From Zygnema circumcarinatum SAG 698-1b (Eukaryota; Plantae; Zygnematophyceae): a stretch of DNA of 64,000 nt. Below the pieces are notes generated by a model, which was not told the origin of the DNA, made no database searches, and saw only the letters and a list, made by a program, of their open reading frames with translations. The stretch's first letter is position 1; the number at the start of each line of letters is the position of its first letter. This document shows positions 26,001 through 36,686 of this stretch, piece by piece. The DNA is taken from positions 2,666,001-2,730,000 of the forward strand of contig CM074811.1 of the NCBI GenBank assembly GCA_037447605.1, given 5' to 3'. Made by a program: the position numbers and the translations under genes.

Positions 26001-29000
26001 AAATCGGAAAAGGAAAATGGGAAGGATGCACCTATGTCAATTGATGAGAAGGAGCCATCCTCTCCGAGTGTTTTGGTCGTTACAAAGAGGACTCCATCTG
26101 TTAAGGTAAATTCAATACTGTCCTTCGAGTTTCATCCTTTTATTCTTCCTATGGCGGCATGCTTTAAGGAATTGAGGCAAGACGTTAGGATGCGATCAGT
26201 TGGTCTTATCCTTCCAACTAAGACTAAACGGACGATAAAGTAGTCATGTGCGTGTGTTAGAGAGGGAGAAGTAGCGAGGGAAAGATAGTGGGAACGGAGG
26301 GTGGAGGGGAAGAGTGAGGAGAGAAATATCCTTAGGCACCAAACTTGTAAATGGTCAATTGTGATGGATTGACATCACTCAGTTGTTTTTTGCATAGATT
26401 TTGAAACTGGCACTTTGCTCCATGGTCATCTTTCCCATGGATGTTGGTTTGGATGTCTCGCTTCATAAGCTTTGACTTATGATTGCTGTGACGGGCCTGT
26501 TAAATCCCTAAGGTCATTTTCATGTGTTCCCATTCATCCAAAGACCAAAGCTTATCGTCCCGTAGATATGTGTTCGTAAGTATTTAGTAAAGCAATTTTG
26601 TGGTGTTGCTGCTCGGCAGATGAGATCCATGACAATCTCGCTAGATGGACTGCTCGATTATGACGAGGAAGATCGGGAAGAGCATACTTTTGAAGTGAGT
26701 TTCTGTTTGCCCAACTTATCCTCCAACCTTATCTTATCTTTCCAGTCTCCATGATTCCGGTTTGGTCTGATGAAATCTGTGCAGTTACGATTTTTCTGTG
26801 TCGTTTCTGGCAATCGACAGGGAACCAATGTTTACTCTTTTTATCTCCCTACCACTAAGTTTGAGGGTTTTCTTGGGCTGTAGCTATCGCTGTTTGCAGA
26901 AGCTTTCCATGAATACCTCCAGTACGAAGCAGGCAGGCGAATCCTTACAAATTTGAATGTAAGCATGTCTGACCTGTACGCCTAACTTCTATGTGCTTTT
27001 CTGCGTTGAAGGCAGTTACATTTTCGAAATTCATTTTAAGTGAAGATGTAGCAGATGTACGAGAGCTTGGCTCCGTTGTTTGTTAGAAGTGCCCCTCGCT
27101 GCGAGAATTGCGACCATGGATTCTGGTGAAAATCAACGTAGTAAAGTGACAGTGAACAGATTATTTAGTGTAAGCTCTTTCTTGCACGCTTTTGCAGACT
27201 GTTCGGGAGGTTGGCCTTGCTCGAAAGCGGGAGGAGAAGAAGAGGCCCTTGGAGAGAGAGGAGATAGAAAAGAAAGACATCGACACCAAGGACGGAGAGT
27301 CCGCACATCCACGAAAAAAATCAAAATTTACAGATACCCCAGATGCTGCGAATGAGGAGGGAGGACCCGAGGGCTCTGTGCCTGCCCAAAATGGGTCTGC
27401 TACCCATGTAAAGAGTGAGGTAGATACCCACGTAAAGAGTGAGGTAGATGCAGAGCATGGAGAGGAGAAGCAAGGGGAGAATGGAGGGGTTGCTACTGAG
27501 GAGGCCCCCCCTGTGAAGGTGGAAGAAGGTGTAGTCAGTGAAGCAGAGAAACCATCAGTCAGTAGCCAAGCGGATACCGTTGATGGAGATATTTCTGCCC
27601 CGGAGAAGTTGTCAGAGGTGAGCAGGAGGGACATGTTCCACTTATTTGCATATATATCTCTCCCTCCCTCCCTCTATTCCCCACTTTCTCTCCTCCCTTT
27701 TACTTCCCACTTATGTTCTTCTCCCGTTTCGTCCATAACGGACGCTCACCCCTTCCCCACTTCTTTGCTCTCTTTAATTTCCCTCTTTTCTTTTCTTATG
27801 TGCATGCATCCGAATGTTTACACTTGGGGCTTTTGAACAAAAAAGAAGACCTCTTTATTCAGAAAGTTTATGCCGCAAACCCTGCCTCGTTGTTTCGGCA
27901 TGTGAGCGATGTACAGCAGGGGATTAAGCATACCTTTTTCCTACTTAACTGGGTCACTTGAGTAGTTTTTTATGAGCGACTCAAATTTTGTTTCTGGATG
28001 CAATTGCAGGATTTGACACCTGTGAAAAAGGAGAAGGTGGAGACCAAAGTTGTTGTAGACCTGCCCTTGCTGAAAGTACGACTTCTCCCGCCCATTCTGA
28101 GAGACTGAATCTCTATCAACTGCGAATTCATTGTTTCCTTCCATTTTCTTGACGTGGGGCACTTTCGTAGTGTGGTCCTGTTGCTTTGAGGTCATCAGTT
28201 TTGTGTTTTGGAGTGATTTTTTTTCAGAGAAAATGTCAGGGTTGAGGGTAAGCAAGCAGGTAGAATGGTTGTGAAAGGATTTCGTTTGACAAATTGTCCG
28301 ATTCATGCTGCTGTCCTTACAGGCTTATCGTTACTTTGATCGAAACCGTGTCAACTATCTCAAGGTTTGCCCTTTCAACAACTTTTTTCAGAGTAGTGCC
28401 ATTTCTAAACCGGTGCTATTGACTTCTGCCTCTGCAATAGACTTCCTGTAGGACTATGTTTGTTAAGTAGTTTTCTTTAAGCTTGTGAAACTACTTCCAA
28501 TTGATGCTCTGAATGGCAGGAAGAGGATTCTGATTAAAGCCCTCCATGCCGTTGTGTGCTGTGCTGGTATTGAAATCCGTCAGGCGGAAGATATGCGGCG
28601 GCTGCTCCACTGCTTGGGCCATTGTTTGTCTCACAGATACGTGAAGGTCAGTTTATACCTCATGCTGCCCCTTCAACCTACCTCTGCCTCATGGAATGCC
28701 GATGAAAGGTGTTGAGCACAAGTGGAGGCTGCTTATTGCTGCTTATTGCAGCTTATTGCTTATTTCTTATTGCTTATTGCTTATTGCTTATTGCTTTTTG
28801 CTTATTGCTTATTGCTTTTTGCTTATTGCTTATTGCTTATTATTGCTTATTGCTTTCATAGCCAGACGCTATGGCTCCCTAGGCAGCTCCAGGCCTCCCT
28901 TTTGTTTCTCAAGGACCGAAGCTGTCCTTGTGCTCTCCTGTCACGTCACGTCCTCAGACAGAGTTGTGCCTGTGGCAGGACCTCGTGGCGTGGGGCGTGA

Positions 29001-29083
29001 TGGAGTCGGGCAAGGCCAGAGACGACCGCATTCTGTACCGCACTCTGGCAGAGAAAGTGGAGGCAGCACCTGAACTCGCTTGA
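17076..29083 (+). CDS. CCAR1/DBC1-family protein (EMB1579/RSA1-like): Q/G/S/Y-rich N-terminus, RD repeat, DBC1 domain, EF-hand-like C-terminus
   Basis: About 20 exons. Start [19 protein letters not shown] (17076). Motifs: [21 protein letters not shown] (23205-23266), AWNAK|[66 protein letters not shown]|[24 protein letters not shown]|[28 protein letters not shown]|[12 protein letters not shown]. Stop TGA 29081-29083. The junction around 22320-23170 is not fully resolved. Confidence 0.88.
20631..20691. repeat. Three tandem copies of an 18-bp unit GAAAGCTTCAAAGTTTTG (intronic)
   Basis: Directly visible: three consecutive units plus a partial fourth. Confidence 0.9.
21303..21838. repeat. Interstitial telomere-type array (CCCTAA)n/(TTAGGG)n, ~0.53 kb, inside an intron
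   Basis: Long near-perfect TAACCC core with variant units (TAACCT, TAACCG, TAGCCC) and degenerate edges. It lies between the donor at ~21057 and the acceptor at 21898 of the CCAR1-like gene. Confidence 0.97.
28731..28855. repeat. Heptamer microsatellite (GCTTATT)n, intronic
   Basis: Directly visible imperfect tandem array in the last intron of the CCAR1-like gene. It produces the spurious LLIAYC-repeat ORFs. Confidence 0.92.
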
Positions 29084-30827
29084 AGAAGTTGGGTGGGGCC
29101 CGGCATGAAGGGTTCAAAAACGAATTCCAGAATGCGAGCAGGAGCAGATTCGGATCCGGAGGGCTCGTAATGCTGGAAATTGCTTTTTGCAGTCTTTTAA
29201 GGGGACAGGGTTAGGGTTAGGGTTTGATGAAGCCGCGAAGTGATTTTTCTTCATAGCGGAGCAAACTGTTAGTCTTCAGCAGAACAAGTTTGTTGCTTCC
29301 TGCAGGAGATGAAGTATTTCTGCCGGATGTTTGTGCTTTTGCTACTTTACATATGTTCATGGGTTGGGAGAAAGGATGCTCAGCACTGTGACCCTCCCCT
29401 CGACATTGGCCATGAAAAGCCTGTGCTTGTCCCGTTTCCTGTTGAGCATGCCACTTTACTTGTGCTGTCCTAGGGCCGTAGTCCTTCAGGCAGCAACGTT
29501 TCCCTTTCTGAGTGGGGCTCCGTTTGCCATTTTTCTGCATGGTTCGAGTTTCCTCAGCGGAGTTTCAGGAACCAATCAGCCGTGAACCCATCAACCAGCC
29601 AATCCAATCAGCCGTGGCATACCGCTAAGCTCGACCTAAATGTGCGATCTAACTTTGTTCGAAAATCTCTGCTGACGCTATGAATGGACTGCGGTTAGAC
29701 CGTCACAAAAGCGCCGATTGGCAGAGGCTTCCCATTACGGAGGTCGACAGGCGCCGTCTCCCGTGAAGGAGGAGGTGTCCCTCTTTTTTTAGGGTTGTTA
29801 GGGTTGTTAGGGTTTCTAGGGTTAAATTCAAATACACGCAAAAAGTGTGTTAATAGGACACTTCCAAAATGAATCATCCCTCGTCACGAGGGAACGAAAA
29901 GAGGCTAGAGGAGAGAGGGAGGAGGCTAGGGAGAGGGCACGGTCCTTGTTAGTGGGCTCTGTTGCGTGGCAACAACAACATGCATATGTGCATGTTGTTG
30001 TTGTGTTAGGGGAGTTCAGACTATGAAATGTTCCACACTTATGGAATTTTTCAGGCGTATGGTGATAACGACCGGCCGCCACGCAGGGAGCTTCGCAAAG
30101 TCATCAGAGCCGCGATATAGTCATGCACTCCATAAAGACAAGAAACGGTCCTTCAAGAAAGGGAAGTTCTCCGCGCGCGAGGGTAAATTCATTGAACATT
30201 TGAAAGAATTCAGAGACAAGTTCAAAGGTCCAACTGAGAGCGAGTCCAGTTCCCAAGTTCAACAACCTCCAAACGGATTGGTTCGAAAAATTCAATATCA
30301 AGAAAAAAGTTCATCTGCCGTCGCGTCACGCGGGACACCTGCCACGTGGCACAGACCGCTTGGGACACTTTTGTCCCGCTCTCCGGGTTTCCCGCTGCCC
30401 GGTTCCTGCTGACCGTACGTGATTGTCGTTATCCACACGAGAACCTTGTCGTTATCCTCTGTGACCCTCCGAGTCCACCATTGATACTTCCACATCCACT
30501 CTAAGTAAGCTGCTGCTTCTGTAAGTGGCCTCATTTTCAGATGATTCAACACAACACCCGTCCCCAGCGCCCTCATTCCGTACGCCAAAAAGTCCAAAAA
30601 GGCCGCCCCTTGGTCCCCCCCCGCCCAGCCGCCACGTGGGGGGGGGACAGCCCCAGACCGACGACGGAAAGCGCGCCACGTGTCCCACCCACCGCTCTCA
30701 TTGGCCGCCGCCCCCCCCCCCCGATATTCAAAATATCGCCATCAAATCCGCCGCCCCCGGCCGTACAGTGGATCCGGTGCCGGCTGGGGATGGATGCATG
30801 CGGCCGCACATTCCCTGCCACATGCAT

Positions 30828-30915
30828 GATGATGGGGGATGGGGGGATGGGGGGATGGGGGGCATGGGGCCATGGGAGGGCATGGGCCCATGGGGGGGGC
30901 ATGGGGGCATGGGGC
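30828..30915 (+). repeat. G-rich (ATGGGGG/CATGGGG)n repeat upstream of the F-box gene
   Basis: About ten ATG-G(3-8) units are visible. Confidence 0.75.
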
Positions 30916-31346
30916 GTAGGAGGGAGCTAGGGCGTGACACCTACGCGCCTTCATTGAAGGCGGGGAGGCTGCACCTGGACGCCGCCGCCGGCGCCTCAAG
31001 GCCCGATCTTGCGGCCAGGGGGGGAGAGGGGCGCCATGGTGGGGGGAAAGGGCCGGGGAGGCGGGACGTGGGGGGCGGGCAGGGCAGGCTGAATTAGGGT
31101 TTCGGACTGGGGGGCATACAGGGAGAGGTAAGAGGAGAAAGTGAGGGAGGGCAAGATTGAGGTGGGAGATAGAGCTGTAGCGGAGAGAAGGAGAAGGCTC
31201 TGTTTGTGAACGGAGGGGAGGGTGAAGGTGGTGTGTGGGTATTGCACGTCTGCACGGGAGGAGGCGAGGGCTGTCTGGAGGGGTTGAGGGAGTGTGCTAG
31301 AGGGAGTGAACTAGAGGGAGTGTGAGAGGAAGGGTGGTCTGTCTGC

Positions 31347-34020
31347 ATGCGAGGGTTCGAAGTAGCTCTTGAGGGAAGAGGAGGAGATTCTTATGTTGTT
31401 ATGAAAGGACGGAAAAGAGGGAAGGGTGTAGTGTCGGCTGCGACGGAGGTGAGAAACGGAAGTTGTGAGGGCTCTGACAGAAAGAAGATGATGGAGTTTC
31501 TAGACATGCCTTCAGATGCGCTTGTGCACGTGGCGTCCTTTCTGGAGCACAGAGATCTCGTGTCTCTTAGTGCAACCTGTGCTCATCTCTCGGAGGTTGT
31601 GAACTCGGAGGTGGTTTGGATGAATCTGTGCAAAAAGTGGAGCAAAGTGGTGCCCTTGAACGACTGGCTGCATAGAGTCGACTCTGCAAAGGCTCTCTAT
31701 CGACTCCTTTCAAACCTGGACAGCGTTGTGGGAGCATGGAGCGCCTCGGAGCTCGCTCCTCGAGGCGGCCTCCTTTTTGTGACCTGGGTGAGTGATCAAG
31801 TGGTGGATTTAACTCTTGAGTTCTTCCTGGGAGGAGTTTGTAAGTCTAGTTTTGACATTCTATTTGGGGAGTGTTTGTTCGAATATTTGACCATTGTTAG
31901 CACTCTTCAAGGACGGAAGGGGGGAACATTCAATCCATTAGTTGCTTAGTTTTCGCTGATCTTCTGCATGCAGCTTTTACGGCTTGGGAGGTGCCAGTTT
32001 AAGTTTCGGTTTTCCTGCAAGCTTTGCTAATGCTTGCAATGGTTTTAAGTTTAGGAGAGCTGAATCTATGGAAAATTAGTTTTACTCATCGTTTTCTTGC
32101 TCTTTGTGATGACTTCTTCAGGGCAACCTCTCTGCAGTGGCCTTCAGGATTATGCCCGAGTGGATCGGTAAGTACTTTTAAAAGCTGGCCCTGTCCTCTG
32201 AACGCGACCTATATTGAATGAACATGCTCCTCCGTTACACTTGACGGCTTTTAGGTTTGCATCTGGAACGGTTTTCACCAGCTGTACGGTCAAGCGGCAG
32301 GTTTTCGCGTTGTCAGATAGTTTGTGAGCCTTTTTGCTATGTACAAGTCCTTGAATTCTTGTAGCTCCTCTCTCCACTTGCACGATGTGCTGATCTCAGA
32401 TCTTTTGTCGACGAATTTTTTCTGCAGCTCAAGGCCTGGTGTGCATGCGCCTTTTTGAAGTGGTGGGAGAGCGCGACGGTTCAACGAGAGTGGCTCTTTT
32501 AACAGGGCAGGGCAGCCAGCAGGAAGTCCCCCTCCCAGGGGCCATCGTCTGGGAGGCAGATGACCGCTCGGAATTCCACCTTGAGTCGTTTGTAGGCCCT
32601 GAGTCTGCACACATGCCGGCGAGTGAAGCCCATGGACAGGTGAGAGTCGCATGCAGGGCAGTAGCTCATCATCATATTGAGCCATGGATACATGCTCTAA
32701 TTCATGCTTTCCCAAAGGAGCTGGTCTGTGAAAGGCAAAGAAATCACGCTTTGTAATCACTTCATCTGCCTCCCTCTGAGCTGCAAGAACTAACCCTACC
32801 TGTAACTGTGCAGGCGGAATCGGCTGCTAGAACTTTGGAAGATGTTGCCGCTGCTGTGAACCGGCAAGAGCAGCATCGCCAGGCAAGGCTGCGCGACCAC
32901 CTCTATCAGCACCAGCTTATGCGCACCATGTGGCTGGCGGAGGATGCCCCCCACGTGGCCCTCCCGGCGCCCAATGGGAACGCAGGAAACGGGTACGAGC
33001 ACGGCCATCCCGCCAATCAGGAGCTCCGCCACAGGGCGGCGCAGTACCTCCTGAGGCTGGCCATGGGGGGGCCAAGTCCGAGGCCGGAGGGGGGGGTCCT
33101 GCAAGGGAGCGTGGGAGGGCCAGTGGGAGGAGGACACGTGGCGGAGGGGCGGCTGCAGAGGAGGCTGAGGAAGGTGGCGGTGCCCAAATCTAAGTATCAG
33201 AGGCTGAGTGTGGAGGTGGCCGGGAAAGGGAGGGAGTTGGCCGGGTTGTGGAGTGGAGTGTACGGACCACATGGGCTGGAGATTCTGAATCTGAAGTATA
33301 CTGACAAGGGGGAGATCATCGCCTACAAAGTTCTTGGTATGTGCTGTGCTTCTGTTGCGATGTGTGTTTTGTCGGATGTGGGCTTATGGTTCTCAATGGC
33401 CGCTTGCATAGCTTCAAGAGAGGGTTGCATAGGAAGGATGATAGATAGGCTTAACCACCAAGTTGAAGTCAGGCAGATCGTTGTCTCAGAGCTGAGCTTC
33501 CATCGGCTGACAAAAGTTGTCTTTCGTTGCGTTGCAGGTGATCCCAACGTGCCCTGCGGCGAAGTGACTTTCAGAGCTACCCTGGGTTCAGAGAACGTGG
33601 AGGCTGCCCCTGACAGCCAACGGTTGGCAGCCATGACGGGTGGCCATTCGGAGGATGGCGAAGGCGAGCCGCCCAACATTGTAACAACGTAAGCTTTCAG
33701 CAACCCTAATCCTGCGTTACGTAAGACACTACACTGTCTGAGGAGTTTCGGAGGGTGTGAGAGAGGTAGAGGTGGGCTGGGCTGGGTTGGGACTGATCTG
33801 TTGAGTGGTTGGTTGAGGGTTGTGCAGGTATCAAGGGGAGGGGCGAGTAGCGGGGTACAACTACAGGCATCCTGCGTGGGTGAGTGGGCAGCTGCTGGTG
33901 GAGAAGAGCGGGAGATTCGCCTTCCTTTGGAAAGATGTGAATTTCATCATCCGATTTCGCCGACTTTCTCTCGATGAGTTGGTGCAGCACCAGCAGAGTG
34001 TGGTGAAGAGCGAGAGTTAG
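31347..34020 (+). CDS. F-box protein with C-terminal DUF3506/cyclin-D1-binding-like domain
   Basis: F-box FLDMPSDALVHVASFLEHRDLVSLSATCAHL...W. Exons ~31347..31787, 32122..32167, 32428..32639, 32814..33336, 33538..33688, 33828..34020. Motifs LAGLWSGVYGPHGLEIL, AYKVLG|DPNVPCGEVTF and YQGEGRVAGYNYRHPAWVSGQL are typical of DUF3506. The start could instead be 31401 or 31488. Confidence 0.85.
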
Positions 34021-35030
34021 AGGGGGGAGGGGGAGGGGGAGGGGGAGGGGAAGAGAGGGCGAGTCGGCTGGTCGATAGATAGTTGTTGGTTCTCTGGCGA
34101 TCTGTTGAAGAGGTGAAGAAGCGAAGAAGACATTTTCTGGTTGTGTGATCTTTGTATAGAGGAGTGAGTGTGTCTGCGGGCAAGAAGGGTGCAGCCAGTG
34201 CTGATGTGTAGGAGGGGGGTTTAAAGCGCTGCTTGGCACACGCACAGTGGGAGGGGGGGGGAGGGAGGGAGGGAGGGAGGGAGGGAGGTTCTGTGGGTTT
34301 TTCCCTTGGACAGAAAGGCGAGTAGTTCTAAAGTAGTTTTGGAGCCTTGAAGTGTCTCACACATTGTGCTAATGTTGGAAGTCAACAGGGCGGCGGAGAG
34401 GGAATAGAGCTGATAGAAATAGAAAGAAAGTGAGATGCTTTATCTGGAGACCTCTCTATTGTTTGCATGAGCCAAATGAATGTGAGCCTACTCCGACATG
34501 CAATGGCGCGTGGTAGTGCGTCTGTCAGTGTGCCTGCACAACACTGCATTTGGGGGCTGCCTCGTGTTGAAGGGCGGCCTGGCCTGGCTAGTCTTGAAGC
34601 GAGCAAGCAAGCTCGAAGTAGTAGTCGATTGTAGCATTAAGGACCTCATAGTTCAGCCGTGTGTGAAGCCAGACAGGCATCGTATGTACATTCCCTTCAC
34701 TATGCAACAAGCAAAGATACCATTCATCCATCCATAGTCGTTCGTTGTGACATCGATGAAAGGCTATGTGGAAAGCTGATGTTGGATTTGTGTGATATTT
34801 ACGTGTCGTACCATGCAAGCTGCCGGCGGAGAGGTCTTTAAAAGGCCCAAATGGCGGGAAAAATCTGGCGGTGCCTCCCGCCGGCCGGGAGGGGTCACGC
34901 ACGATCGGATCGGAGGGGATCGAATCGGACGGTTGCAGGCGCAAGACGGATTTGGTCGGCGATCGTACAGCGGGACAGTCACAGATGAGCCGGGAAGCAG
35001 ATAAGCCCCCACCGCTTGGAGCCAAAAAGG

Positions 35031-36598
35031 GCCACGTTGCGACAAGGGCGTCGGCACCTGGCCGCGAGTCCTGGCGAGGGACGGGTGGGGGACGTGGCGG
35101 GATAATGACGTGGCGAATTCTGATTGGGCAAGAGAGGAGCGGTAGGCCGCAAATAAAGCGCAATCATGGAAAAGTGGAGATTCGGAAAATTCGGTCCACT
35201 CACCGAGGGGGCCAAATAGAATCGCAGATATATGGGCCACTGGGAAGCGATTTTGGAATAAGATCTTGGGCGACAGAGGCCGCGGTCAGCGGAGAAAAAT
35301 GCTTTTTTCGGCCCGAAAAAGGTTTTAAATTCCGCGGATTTTCCGCTTTTTATCTAAAATTGAGCCGGTTGGTGGACGACGTGGCACAATCTGGCCCATG
35401 GGCCTCCAGCAGGACAAAAGGTAAGAAGGATCGCGCAGTGTCGGCCGTCCGATCGGCATATTTTTCTTTCCAAAAATGGAGGGCGTCCCTGCGGACGGGA
35501 TCTTGAAGAATGGGGACCAAATCCGATCCGTACGGTCAGGGGCCGGCCGGCGGGCGGGCGGGCGGGCGCTTTCTCGCAGCGACCGCCGTACGGCCCTGCC
35601 GAAAGGGCGTCCTGCCACGTCAGGGGCGGGATGCCATTGGCGGCGGGCCGCTCCCAGCCACAACTTGGTGGCGGGCCACGTGGCTGAGCGTGACATGTAC
35701 GGACAGATCGGCGGCTCATTAGTGTACGGACGGGTCGCTTCCCGCATAGGACGCGAGCCGAGCGAAGTGTCGCGTGACCGGCAAGGCTGCCGTACAATAT
35801 CTATACGGTACAGTACAGTGAAATGGACAGATTTTATCTCTGGCGTGTAGTGGACGCGTCCCCTTCCGGCCGTTGGACACTTGCGCCTCGAGCAGAGCGG
35901 AATCTTCCCGCCGGAGCAAGGCCAGGCCTCCTCGGCGGCCGGGCGGGTCTTAGTGGTTTCGCGCGCTGGCCTAAAAACCCAAAACCCTGAACCCTGACTT
36001 TACCTTAGCCCTTAACCCTAAAAATGAAAAAACCTGCGCTCGACGTACAGCACCTGGTACTTGCACCAACAAGCGATGAGAGTGAGCGTGGCGATGACGG
36101 TGAACCGGTTCGCCGCTCGTTGCCAGCCGACGTGGCGAAACGGCGCCAGACGGTTCGTCCACGTGGCGCTGTCTGGACGGTCCAACAGACTCGAACGGGA
36201 TTCCGAACTGCACCATGTGCCCCGTTGCACTGCCCCGCAGATTTCTGCACCGCCCGGGCACCGCGGTGTATCGTCAAATGTATCGTATCGCGTCGTATCT
36301 CACGATATAGTAACGCGATATTTCGTGAAGAATCCTATTGTGACATATCCCGTTATATCGTATCGAGATGTATTTGACGGATCCCATCGCAATATATCCT
36401 CAAGAATAATATTGCGATATTTATTGCAATAGCGTATCGCAGTGTATTGTTTGGAATCGTGATGCGATATATCGTTAAGAATCGTATTTTTTATACTTCT
36501 TCCAATATCGTCGCGATGTATCGTCAAGAATCGTTTGAAGCCCTGTATCCACTGCATTTCAGGCGCCCACGTGGCGTCCTGCCCGATCGCCACGTGGC
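35031..36598. promoter_or_regulatory. Cluster of ten ACGTGGC (ABRE/G-box-type) motifs upstream of the alpha/beta hydrolase
   Basis: Sites at 35031, 35092, 35108, 35379, 35614, 35675, 36130, 36161, 36569 and 36589. Two are the full palindrome GCCACGTGGC. Function is inferred. Confidence 0.5.
36266..36545. mobile_element. Probable non-autonomous DNA transposon/MITE remnant (AT-rich, CGATA/TATCG repeats)
   Basis: Sharp AT-rich island within GC-rich DNA. Four copies of a ~21-bp unit like CGATATATCGTCAAGAATCGT, nested inverted repeats, and a right end ...GAAGCCCTG (CAGGGCTTC on the - strand, hAT-like terminus). No matching left terminus or target-site duplication seen. Confidence 0.45.
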
Positions 36599-36686
36599 AT
36601 GCTTGGTGGACCGCACCCTCCAGGAGAGCCCCCCCCAATCCATCTCCTTTCGCCCGTTCGCCCGCCCTCCCTCCGACCTTGCAGCC

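Noticed and set aside
28696-29073. Hydrophobic LLIAYC-repeat membrane protein ORFs
   Set aside because: They are an artefact of the (GCTTATT)n microsatellite in the last CCAR1-like intron.
29695-31100. Many overlapping ORFs in the GC-rich intergenic block
   Set aside because: No recognisable domains or coherent splice model. High GC explains the scarcity of stop codons.
34588-36432. ORFs of 100-210 aa on both strands
   Set aside because: GC-rich low-complexity translations with no transposase or other motif.
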